Below are positions 1 through 12,750 of a DNA stretch of 64,000 nucleotides, piece by piece. The DNA lies in the NCBI RefSeq assembly GCF_009914755.1, contig NC_060932.1. One strand, written 5' to 3'. The notes beneath the pieces are model-generated. The model saw only the letters and a program-made list of their open reading frames with translations. It had not been told where the DNA came from and made no database searches. Positions within the stretch are counted from its first letter, which is position 1, and each line of letters begins with the position of its first letter. The DNA comes from the human T2T-CHM13v2.0 reference genome, Homo sapiens. The position numbers were made by a program, and so were the translations under genes.

Positions 1-631
1 TCCACAAACAAGGTTCAATCTTCTCCAAATGGAAGTTACTTTGATACTATAGTACAGTGACTCAAAAGAACATTTACTGTTTGTATGGTTGCAACTGCTG
101 GCAGGGCCTCTCTGAAGCCTCACACATGTATATTTCCTTACATGGGCTAGGATTTTTAGCTCTCTTTTTGTTGTAACATAATTATACATTTTATATGTGA
201 GGCTCTTTCCATGTGGGTATTTTTCAAAATGCTGTAGGAGTTCCCATGTTGGATGGAGTTCCCAAAAACATTGACAGGGAGAAGTGAGAGGAAGCAGAAG
301 GTCCGCAGTGAGGCCATTTGTGCACATGTAAGACTGTGGTGTCCCTGTTCTGGTCTGCAAGAGAGACTCCAGGCTTTAGAACAAGATGTGGGTGTCAACT
401 CCAGGTCTGCCACCTAGATCTATGTGCCCTTAGACCAGTGACTGACTGTCTGAGAGAGATCCTCTTTTTTTATATCTGTAATAAAAGGAGTATACAGATA
501 TTCCTTGCCTCACAATAAGGTTATGTCCTGATAAACTCATCATAAATTGAAAATATCCCAAGTTGAAAATTCATTTAATACATCCAACCTACTGAACATA
601 ACTCAGCCTAGCCTACTTTAAATGTGCCTGA

Positions 632-1658
<1,027 letters not shown>

Positions 1659-1794
1659 CGGCCGTTCACCCTTGTGATTGCAGGGCTGACTAGGAGCTGC
1701 GGCTCGCTGCTCTCTAGCATCAAGAGACAGCATCAAATGCATATTGCTAGCCTGGGAAAAGGTTATAATTCAAAATTCGAAGTGCAGGTCCATC

Positions 1795-2210
1795 TGTGTT
1801 AGTCTCTTATGGATGCCATAACGAAATACTACTATCCAGGAGGCTTAAAGCAACAGAAACATATTCTCTCAGAGCTCTGGAGGCCAGAAGTTTAAATTCA
1901 AGGTGTCGGCAGGGCTACACTGCCTCTGTAGGTGATGAGGAAAAACCTCCTTGCCTCTCCAGCTTCTGGAAGCTGCCAGCAAAGTTTGGCTTACAGACAC
2001 ATGGCTCCAATCTTTGCCTTGGTCATACAAATCTCCCTCTCCTTTCTCATATAAAAACAGCAATCATTGTGTTTAGGGCCCATCTTAATCCAGTATGACC
2101 TCATTTTAATTTGATTACATCTACAAAGACCTTATTTCCAAATACAGTCTCCTCAGGTACCAGGGATTAGGATTTGAACACATCTTTTGGGGGACACAAT
2201 TCAATTGGCT
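1795..2210 (-). mobile_element. MLT1 (MaLR) solo LTR
   Basis: GGCTTAAAGCAACAGAAA...CTGGAGGCCAGAAG...GGGGGACACAATTCAA motifs. Confidence 0.8.
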
Positions 2211-2979
2211 ATAAGCAGATTGTTTTTTGGGAAAAACAAAATCACAGAACACGCAATGATTGGTCCATAGAGTGCAATAACTGAGGACCCACTGCGTCAT
2301 GGTGAACTTGGTCTGCACAAGGATGGGGCCTGAAAAGCCCAGGATGGTGGGTTTGGCCCCATAGCTGGCCCCAGGAAGCAATGTGCAAAGGTTAACAGCA
2401 GTAGCATGCTTCCTACCAGCCCCTCTGGTTGAAAAAAGGTGCCCACCAGCTTCAATTATAGATAACAGGGCTAAGCTCCCAGAGAAAGAGGTTGACTGGT
2501 ATTTGGGTCCTTAGGGGATGAGTTAGATCACATATTGGAGAAATAAAGCAGCAATCTAGTCACACACACTGACCAAACACGGCAGGATGAGACAGAAGAA
2601 ACATGCTGAGCACAGAAGTCTCCCTGGCCTAAGGACAGAAAGACCACCTGCTAGAAGGAAAAGGGTTAAGATGTGGCTGCTCTGGTAAGGACTGGCCCAG
2701 GGGTGAAATGGGCCTGTTGCTTGGGGAAAAGCCAGAAACGAGAGGAGATTCCCCAGCAACCATGACAGACTTACGTCATTTCCCTCTTTGCAGTGGTGAC
2801 CTACTGCTGACCCCAGCCAACTCGGAAGGCTGCTTCTCTCTCTCAGTCTCTCTCTGGGGTTTGCATGGAAATCCTACCCTGTTCAAGGGCCTAGTTCAAC
2901 ATCTACTTGCCCTAGAAACCTTCCCTGACCACCCCACACTCCCTAGCCACCTTATAACTTGACTACACCATTTACTCCT

Positions 2980-3355
2980 GGCATTAGTCCATTCTCATAC
3001 TGCTAGAAAGAACTGCCCAAGACTGGATAATTTATAAAGGAAAGAGGTTTAATTGACTCACAGTTCAACATGGCTGGGGAGGCCTCAGGAAACTTACAGT
3101 CATGGCTAAAGGCGAAGTGGAAGCAAGGCACCTTTTCACAGGGTGGCAGGAAGGAGAAATGCTGAGTGAAGGAGGAAGAGCCCCTTATAAAACCATCAGA
3201 TCTCATGAGAACTCACTCCTCTCAGGAGAACAGCATGGGGGAACCACCCTCATGATTCAATCACCCCCATCCAGTCTCTCCCTTGACACATGGGGATTAT
3301 GGGGATTACAATTCAAGATGAGATTTAAGTGGGGACACAAAGCCTAACCATATCA
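2980..3355 (-). mobile_element. THE1 (THE1D-like) solo LTR
   Basis: GAGGTTTAATTGACTCACAGTTC...GGAGGCCTCAGGAAACTTAC...AACCATATCA. Confidence 0.9.
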
Positions 3356-4317
3356 CTTCTATGAAAGGTTCTATACATTAATCTCTCCTTGTTCCCAAAG
3401 GAAACAGGAGTTCCTTGCAGTCATAGACCATGGCTTACTCTCAATTCTTTCATGGCCTCAAGTGTGCTACTCAGGATACAGCAGGAACTCAATAAACACT
3501 TGCTTGTCCATTTCTTATTTCTCACCTATCCTCCTTTTTAAAATTTTGTAGATTCTAAAAGAAGGTAAAAAATGTATGTCCATAGCCCAAGACACAAGCA
3601 TTAACTCTTGGAAGACTTGCTGTTTTTCAGAAATTGATTCTATTCAAGTGACATCACGTTCCAATAACTAACTGTATCACGCTATTCTCTGATTGGTCCA
3701 GGAATCCTCCTGTCTCCTTCTTCATCCTCAACCACAACTACTTATTGAGCACCATATGCTAGACACTCCATTAATCATAGGAAAAGCCAATAGGAAAAGT
3801 CACAGCATTTAGGAAACCAGAGTGTCTATTTGTCTTGTTATAACATAACGTCGTCCAACTATAGACATTCTGCATGCTTCTGACACACTTGGCAGGGGTT
3901 GGCCGTAAAAAACTAGCTGAGTCCCTCTGCTTGGAAAATGAATGAACCAATGGCGAAAAAAAAAAGTGTTTCTGAATTCAAAAGAGAACATGGTGATGAT
4001 GTGTATAAACACTGCATTTCTCCTCCAAGATGTGGAATTCGAAAGCCATTTTATTTTAGTGTTTGATTTGGGAGATTGGCTTAGTTGCATGGCATGTTAT
4101 CAATGCAAAAAAATGGAGTTGATATGGGTCTTGGCAGAAGAGGAAGAAATCCAACAGACTTGGCCGCTTTACCTCTCATCTTCCCGTGTGCCCATGATGC
4201 AAGCACATCCTCAGCATTTCAAACATAGAAATATCTGTACCCTGGGGAAGATCAAAGTTGTTGCTTGAGGAGGACTTACTAACCTTACTATAACATGATC
4301 AAAAGTGCAATATTCCC

Positions 4318-4503
4318 CTGGTAGAAGGAAAAGAGGAGCTGGTGTGTGCAGAGATCACATGGAGAGAGAGGAAGAAGGAGAGCAAGGGAGGTGCCAGGCT
4401 CTAGTTAAAAACCAGTTATCATAGGAACTCAATGAGAACTCCCTCACCCCCGAGGGAGGGCATTAATCTATTCATGAGGGAGCCACCTTCATGACCAAAA
4501 CAC
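4318..4503 (-). mobile_element. MSTB-type LTR fragment (inverted copy of 5228-5415)
   Basis: Reverse complement aligns closely to the internal part of the neighbouring LTR. Confidence 0.8.
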
Positions 4504-4727
4504 TGGTTGATATGTGGACATAGTTTGGTTGTAACAGAGTCCAATAGGATATTTCCTATAAGTTATAAGAACCTAGATATACTATTTCCTGAATTAAAGT
4601 CAACATTTGATTGAACTCTATTTGTAAAGTGTTTAACTTTACACTCATATGTTATTTGCATATTTGCACATTATTATAAATACATAGATATATTATCTAG
4701 GCGAAGGTGATTATTAGAATAGTCCCG

Positions 4728-5033
4728 GGCCGGGCATGGTGGCTCACACTTGTAATCTCAGTGCTTTTGAAAGCTGAGGTGGGAAGATCACTTCAGGGCA
4801 GAAATTCAAGACCAGCCTGGGCAACATAGTGAGACACTGTCTCTACAAAAATTGAAAATTAGTCAGGTGAGGTGGCATGCACCTGTGATCCTACTACTCT
4901 GGAGACTGAGGCAGTAAGATCACTTGAGCCCAGGAGTTTGAGGCTGCAGTCTGCACCACCACACTCCAGCCTGGGCAACAGAGTGAGACCTTGTCTCTAA
5001 AAAAAAAAAAAAAAAAAAAAAAAGAAGAAGAAA
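4728..5033 (+). mobile_element. AluJ
   Basis: Dimer with A-tail; AGAATAGT TSD remnant. Confidence 0.9.
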
Positions 5034-5141
5034 GAATAGTAATCTCCTGGAATTACATTCAATGTGAAGAATAGAACAGTCACTCTCAACTGGAAGGAAT
5101 GAGTATCAGAAACTCACATACTACCCTACGCCTTTCCACCC

Positions 5142-5567
5142 TGCCATGGTTTAGGTATGGTTTGTTTGTCTCCTCCAAACCTTATACTGAAATTTGATTC
5201 TCAGTGTTGGAGGTGGGACTATTGGGAGGTGTTTGGGTCATGAAGGTGGCTCCCTCATGAATAGATTAATGCCTTTCCTTGGGAGTGAGGGAGTTCTCAT
5301 TGAGTTCCCATGATAACTGGTTGTTAACTAGAGCCTGGAACCTCCCCACTTGCTCTCCTGCTTCCTCTCTGTCCGTGTGATCTCTGCACACACCAGCTCC
5401 CCTTTGCCTTCTGCCATGAGTGGAAGCAGCCTGAGGCCCTCCTCAGATGCACGCACCCAATCTCGAACTTTGCAGCCACCAGAATTGTGAGCTAAATAAA
5501 CCTTTTTTTCTTTATAAATTGCCAGGCTTAGGTATTCCTTCACAGCAACACAAAATAGATTAAGACA
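5142..5567 (+). mobile_element. MSTB-type solo LTR
   Basis: TG...CA ends, AATAAA, ACAGCAACACAAAATAGATTAAGACA terminus; TSD CACCC/CACCT. Confidence 0.85.
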
Positions 5568-5797
5568 CACCTCAAACATGCCTCTGAAAGTAGGGTAGTC
5601 CCCCTACCATATGTATTTTCAAAGCTCCTCATGGGACCCAACCAGTCACTGAGGGCATTGAGAGAACCCTGGATTTGGGTGAAAACGTGATTGGTTTCTA
5701 AGCAGCTGAGGTGATAAGTAATTAACATGATTACTTTCTGGTTCTGCAAATTCCTGTTCAAGCTGCCAAGGAGATCATTAATAACAGCATAATGTCT

Positions 5798-5850
5798 CTT
5801 AGCCCTGACAAGAACTTTCTATGCAAGCCAACTTTCTTGTCAGGGCTAAG
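5798..5850. repeat. Perfect 17-bp inverted repeat with 19-nt spacer
   Basis: CTTAGCCCTGACAAGAA ... TTCTTGTCAGGGCTAAG. Confidence 0.95.
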
Positions 5851-6224
5851 GAGGTAAAAGTGATCCTGAATCCCTGACTTGAGACTCTCATGCTACCTCA
5901 CCTATTTTGGAGATGACTTAGATGAGTCAAATCTCTCTTGGCTTGCATTTCTGTAAGAACTTAATGAGAAAATATGTGTTAAAACACTTTTAAAAGTTTA
6001 AACAATATCAGGGATTCTTGCATGGGCAATAAGAATCATAGAATGAAGTACTACAAGGACGTAGAAGTGGAAAAACATATAAGAGAACAGGCCTGTGACC
6101 ATTTCAAGCCCTGGACCCACAGCTCTCTCTCCAACAGGAGTGACATCTTATTGCTTGATACCCAAATGTCAGCATCAGGGCAGGGCAAAACAACATGGTT
6201 TTAGTCTCAGAGACACAGTGGTGA

Positions 6225-6558
<334 letters not shown>

Positions 6559-6615
6559 ATGGTGTCAGTTTGTAAAAGAACCATGGAGCCTTGAGAAGAA
6601 TGTTTTCCCAAGATT

Positions 6616-6915
6616 TGTGATAAGTGGAATTTTGTGGCATCAACTTCGCTAAAGTGAACTTGGTTTCTCAAATCCCCTTGCATCGTCCCAGGTTAGTGTG
6701 GCTGACCAGAAGCATCGTACATCATATTTTGAATCAGAAGTCAGATTCTTTGGACCCTCAGGAGGTCAGGCCAATGTACCACATGCTGTAACATCTCATG
6801 CACAGCACCACTTACCTGTGCCTCACCTTGCTGGGGTGGGGACACAACCAGGCCCTCAGCAACCCCAGATCCTGCCAGATCCTCCCCTTCAGCATATTCA
6901 ACTCCTAGGCCAGGT
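6616..6915 (+). mobile_element. MLT2E-like LTR (5' LTR of ERV-L provirus, partial)
   Basis: TGTGATAAG...GCATCAACTTCGCTAAAGTGAACTTGGTTTCTCAAATCCCCTT, homologous to the LTR starting at 16243. Confidence 0.6.
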
Positions 6916-6917
6916 AT

Positions 6918-7249
6918 GTTTATTTTATTTATTTATTTGTTTATTTATTTATTTATAGAGGCTTAGTCCAGGCTGGAGTGCAGCCCAGGCTGGAGTACAG
7001 TGAAGCGATCATAGCTCACTGTGACCTCAAACACCTAGGCTCAAGCAATCTTCCCACCTCAGCCTCCCCAGTGGGTGGGACTACAGGTGTGCACCACCAC
7101 GACTGGCTATTTTTATTTTTGAGAGACGAGGTCTCGCTATGTTGCCTAGTCTGGTCTTGAACTCCTGGCCTCAAGCAATCCTCCTGCCTTGGCTTCCCTT
7201 GTAACTCCAAGTGCTGCAATTACAGCACTTTGGGAAGCCACATCCAGCC
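6918..7249 (-). mobile_element. AluJ with internal duplication and palindromic rearrangement
   Basis: Alu motifs; CCAGGCTGGAGT duplicated; rearranged 5' end. Confidence 0.85.
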
Positions 7250-7479
7250 ACCATTAACATTTTGGTAAAAATTAAAATTATAGCAGGGCTGATTGATTGT
7301 TTCTAAATGTACTGGAGAACCTGGAGAAACAAAATAATGAGACCAGGGCTTAAAATCCCCAAGCTTCCTAAAAGGAACTTGAAAGCTTCTATTCTGGCCC
7401 TAAAATAAACCTTTCTCCTGTAGTCACCAGGTTGGGATTTCTGAAAACCAGAACTTAACCTAAAGTCTAGTTCTAGGGT

Positions 7480-8145
7480 AGCTGAATTGTAAGACAAAGT
7501 GAATTCTCAACTTTACAGGGTCTCTAATGTAGTTACGGCACAGATTCTGAAGGAGTGGGACCCTGAAAATTGGGAAAGAGACACAGGGATAGATTCCAAC
7601 CTGTGAATTTTGCCAATCTCCCTGCCAGTGCCCGGAATGAGGCGGTTAGTGTCCTCTTGGCTGAAGAATCTATGATGCCTTGCCCCAATGTGGAGTCTTT
7701 GCAAGGAAGGGATTGTGCCTCTTCAGCCCTACTTTTGTCACCTCTCTTTGCTACAAGAACTACAGCCAGACTCCAGTCCAACAGGCCCCAGAGGACAAAG
7801 TATAAAGTGCAATCCAGGAGGAAGTATAATAATACACACCAAAATAATTGCATAATTTTACCAATTTATGTGAACACGAACATGGAGAACATGTGTGGAA
7901 TGGCTCCTACTGGTGTGGGACCACTGGGAGGAAAATAAAGTTGCAGCAAGCCAAATGTATTGATATGGGCCTACTAGGCAGAGATGCTGGAATCAGTGAG
8001 TTATCTCAAGGGGCTGGTAGTGGCACTAACAGTTTACTTGGTTGGTTGACAGAAACCATGACAAAGAGTTGGCCTACACAACGTGGTTAAAATGCCAGAT
8101 TCTTCGGCATATTGTAGATAATTGTATCAAAAACCTTAGAAGTCA
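7480..8145 (+). mobile_element. ERV-L internal region, degraded gag
   Basis: EWDPENW and GRKIKLQQAKCIDMGLLGRDAG...NSLLGWLTETMTKSWPT resemble HERV-L Gag (GRNIELDQAEFIDLGPLSRDS...NSLFAWLAETWIKRWPT). Confidence 0.85.
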
Positions 8146-8420
8146 AGAAAATAAATAGACAAGCCACAAACTAGTACAAAATATTTGCAAATCGCATACC
8201 TGAAAAAAGGTGCGTATCCAGAATGTGTAAATAACTATCTGAATTCCAAAATATGTAAATAACTATCTGAATTTTAATATATGAATAACTACCTAAGAAG
8301 GCATTAGAAACTGTGCAAAAGCCTTGGACAGACATGTCACTAAAGTGGATACATGGATGACAATAGGCACATGAAAAGAGACGGAACTTCATCAGCCATT
8401 AGGAAAGTGCAAATTAAACC

Positions 8421-9519
8421 TAGGCAATGCCATTCAGGACATAGGGCAAAGACTTCATGATGAAAACACCAAAAGCAATTGCAATAAAAGCCAAAATTGA
8501 CAAATGGGATCTGATTAAACTAAAGATCTTCTGCACAGCAAAAGAAACTAGCATCAGAGTAAACAGATAACCTACAGAATGGGAGGAAATTTTTGCAATC
8601 TACCCACCTGACAAAGGTCTAATATCCAGAATCTACAAGGAACTTAAACAAATTTACAAGAAAAAAAACCCCATCAAAAACTGGGCAAAACATATGAAAA
8701 GACACTTCTCAAAGGAAGACATTTATGCGTCCCACAAACATATGAAAAAAAGCTCATCACTGGTCATTACAGAAATGCAAATCAAAACCACAATGAGATA
8801 CCATCTCACATCATTAAAAAGTCAAGAAACTGGTGAGGCTGTCACCAGTCAAGAGGCTGGTGAGGCTGTGGAGAAATAGGGACACTTTTACACTGTTGGT
8901 AGGAATGTAAATTAGTTCAACCATTGTGACAGACAGTGTAGTGATTCCTCAATGATCTAGAACCAGAAATACCATTTGACCCTGCAATCCCATTACTGGG
9001 TATATGTCCAAATGAATATAAATCATTCTATTATAAAGACACATGCACACTTATGTTTATTGCAGCACTATTTACAATAGCAAACACATGGAACCAACCC
9101 AAATGCCCATCAATAATAAACTGGATAAAGAAAATGTGGTACATATACACCATGGAATACTATGCAGCCATAAAAAAGAATGAGTTCATGTCCTTTGCAG
9201 GGACATGGATGAAGCTGGAAGCCATCATTCTCAGCAAGCTAACACAGGAGCAGAAAACCACACACTGCATGTTCTCACTCATAAGTGGGAGTTGAACAAT
9301 GAAAACACATGGACACAGGGAGGGGAACATCACCCCCCCGGGCCTGTCGGGGGATGGGGGGCAAGGGGAGGGATAGCATTAGGAGAAATACCTAGTGCAT
9401 GTGGGGCCTAAAACCTAGATGACAGGTTGATGGGTGCAGCAAACCACCATGGCACATGTATAACTATGTAACAAACCTGCACATTCTGCACATGTATCCC
9501 GGAACTTTAAAGAAAAAAA
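8421..9519 (+). mobile_element. 5'-truncated L1PA (L1PA8-like)
   Basis: ORF2 C-terminus (WNQPKCPS...MFSLISGS) and 3'UTR; TSD AAAGTGCAAATTAAACC / AAAGTGCAAACTAAAGCC. Confidence 0.9.
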
Positions 9520-9831
9520 GTGCAAACTAAAGCCATGAAGAGGTAGCACCAAGAGAGAGAGAACTACTGGAATGGTTAAAATTTAGAAATATATACTAAG
9601 TGTTGGAGAGGATGCAGAGAAACTGAATCTCTCATATAGCCACCCTGAAAAATAGATTGGTTGTTCCTTTTAAAGTTAAATATACACTCCCAATTATTTG
9701 CCTTAGAGAAATGGAAACATATTCTCACGAAAACCTGTACACAAATGTTCATAACAGCTTTATTTGTGATAGCTAAAAGCTGGGAATAACCCAAATGCCC
9801 CTCAATGGGTGAGTGGATAAACAAAAACAAA

Positions 9832-9834
<3 letters not shown>

Positions 9835-9862
<28 letters not shown>
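9835..9862. repeat. (TA)n microsatellite
   Basis: Direct reading. Confidence 0.95.
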
Positions 9863-9885
9863 ATGGAATTTTTGTCATGTGTATT

Positions 9886-10376
9886 CTTTTCTAACTGACA
9901 GAATTTGTAAATACTTGTTGTATATACGATGAGTACATGTCAATTGGGAATGCATACATATATATTGTGGAGTGACCAAGTCAAGCTATTTAACATATGT
10001 TTTACCTCACATGCATATTTTTTGTTATTAGAACACTTAAAATCTACTCTCAGCAACTTTCAAGAATACAATACATTGTTATTAACTATAGTCACCATGG
10101 TGTATAGTAGATCTCTTGAGCTTATTTCTTCTTTCTAACTGTTCAGCGGTTAAAAAGAAGGAAATCTGATAATTTGCAACAACATGGATGAAACTGGAGG
10201 AAATTGCAAGATTTCCCTCTTTCTAAAGGCTGAACAGTATTCCTTTGTGTCTGTGTACCACATTTTCTGTATTCACTCACCTGTTGAAGGATAGTTAGAT
10301 TGGTTCCATATCTTGGCTCTAGTGAATAATTCTGCAATGAACATGGGAGTGCAGAGAATCCTCTTTTTTTGTTTTG

Positions 10377-10407
<31 letters not shown>

Positions 10408-10790
10408 GAGACAAGGTCTCACTGTTGTCCAAGCTGAAGTGCAGTGGCTCAATCATGGCTCACTACAGCCTCAAACTTGGAAGCTCAAGTGATCTTCCCA
10501 CCTCAGCCTTCTGAGTAGCTGAGACTACGGGCACTACCATGCCCAGTTATTTTTTTATTTTATTTTATTTTATTTTATTTTATTTTATTTTTTAGTTTTT
10601 GTAGAGACAGAGTCTTGCTATGTTGCTCAGACTGGTCTAAAACTCCTGGGCTCAAAAAGATCCTTTCACCTCAGCCTCCCAAAGTGTTGGAATTACAGGC
10701 ATGAGCCACCATGCTCAGCCCAGCTAGTTCTTTAACATATTGACTTCATTTCCTTTGGATAAATACCCAGAGGTGGAATTGCGGGAGCTA
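9886..10790 (-). mobile_element. L1MA 3' end, with an internal inversion and an Alu
   Basis: AAAATCTACTCTCAGCAACTTTCAAGAATACAATACATTGTTATTAACTATAGTCACCATG. Confidence 0.75.
10364..10720 (-). mobile_element. AluJ with (TTTTG)n tail and expanded (TTTTA)n linker
   Basis: Alu dimer motifs. Confidence 0.9.
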
Positions 10791-11169
10791 TACAATAAAA
10801 TATTACTCAGCAATAAAAAGGAAAAAACTATTGATATACATAATACATTAGATGGGTCTCAAGTTCATTCATTATACTTTAGATGGGTCTCAAGGTCAAA
10901 GAGCCCATTTTGAGAGGTCACATGTTACACTATTCAACTTACGTAACAGTCTCAAAATGACAAAATAACAGCGATGGAGAACAGGTCAGTGATTGTGGGG
11001 GTTAGGTTTGGAGGAGGGTGACTGTGCAGGGCAGCACGTGGGATTTTCTTTGAGGTATGGAACAGTTCTATATCCTGACTGTAGTGGCCATTATGCAAAT
11101 CTACACATGTAATAAAATTTTTTGGAACTATACAGCAACAACAAAATCACCATGTAGAGAAGATTTAAC

Positions 11170-11667
11170 AGGATAATTAAATCAATGGGATTTTGGCTCA
11201 GGTCTAAGTGTGTCCTTAAAGCCCCAAAATACTCGGTTGCTATTCCCTCTGGGAACTTGAATACATAAACTCAGCAAGGGGAGAATCCTTACATTCCATC
11301 CTGACCCACAGAGTGAGGGCTGTAATGGCAGGAAGGCCAAGGAGAAGCCAGGACACCTGCCTCCACCTCCTGAAATACGACACCGAAGGCAACATCCCAT
11401 TTCTAGAGGGACTGAGAGATTCATACCACAACTAAGACCTTGACAGAGGTAAGAGTGGTGATTCCCACTGCATCGTTGTCAGCTCACATGTTTGACCTGT
11501 GCAGAAGGCAGATCTTCAAAATGACAGTGGATTATCATCAACTCAATTAGATGTTGGTTCCAATTTCAGCAGCTATTCCTGATATGTTTTCATTGATGAA
11601 GAAAATCAATTGTCCCATAGGATCCACATGCAGCCACCGGTTGAGTGAATGCTTTTTTCTGTATTTC
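11170..11667 (+). mobile_element. ERV-L internal region: end of protease, start of RT (degraded)
   Basis: INGILAQV, RVRAVMAGRAK, MTVDYHQLN*MLVPISAAIPDMFSL and NAFF motifs. Confidence 0.85.
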
Positions 11668-11694
11668 TGTGCTAGCTTCCTAAGGCTGCTGTTA

Positions 11695-12057
<363 letters not shown>

Positions 12058-12285
12058 TTATCACCTCATGGTTCCCGGACTGGATCTTCACCATCAAGGC
12101 ATCAGCAAGGCCCTGCTCCCCATGAAGGCTCCAGGGAAGAACGCCCTCGCCTCTTCTAGCCCCTGGTGGCTGCCATCAGTCTCAGGATTCCTTGGCCTGT
12201 AGATGGGTCTCCAATGTCTTCCTCCATCTTCACCTGGTGTTCTCCCCCATGTGTCTCTTCTCTTCTTTTTGCAATCTTTAGAAAT

Positions 12286-12595
12286 ATTTTATTTTATTTT
12301 ATTTTAGACACAGGGTCTCACTCTGTCACCCAGGCTGGAGTGTAGTGGTGCAATCATAGCTCACTGCAGCCTCAAACTCCTGGGCTCAAGCAGTCCTCCT
12401 GCCTCGGCCTCCTGAGTAGCTGGGGCTGTAGGGAGGCATGTGCCACCACACCCAGCTAATTTTATTCATTTATTTTGTAGAGACAGGGTCTCTCTGCTTT
12501 TCTTGGGCTGGTCTTGAACACCTGGCCTTAAACAATGCTTCTGCCTCAGCCTCCCAAAGTGCTGGAATTATAGGTGTGAGCCATCAGGCCTGGCC
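12286..12595 (-). mobile_element. AluJ
   Basis: Alu dimer motifs. Confidence 0.9.
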
Positions 12596-12750
12596 TCTTT
12601 TTTCCTTTTGTAAAGACACCGGTCATATTAAAGATAAGGCCTTACATACTGCAAAGACCCAATTTGCAAATAAGTTTACGTTCTGAAGTTTAGATAGACA
12701 TAAACTTGGCAGAGGGTGAGGGAGAAGGAGGCAATATTCAGCCCAGCATA

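Larger units (their letters stand above)
8146..11140 (+). mobile_element. Old L1M (L1MC/MD-like) 3' portion, carrying nested L1PA, L1MA and Alu
   Basis: Pieces at 8146-8420, 9520-9880 and 10790-11140 with ORF2-end and 3'UTR motifs. Confidence 0.7.
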
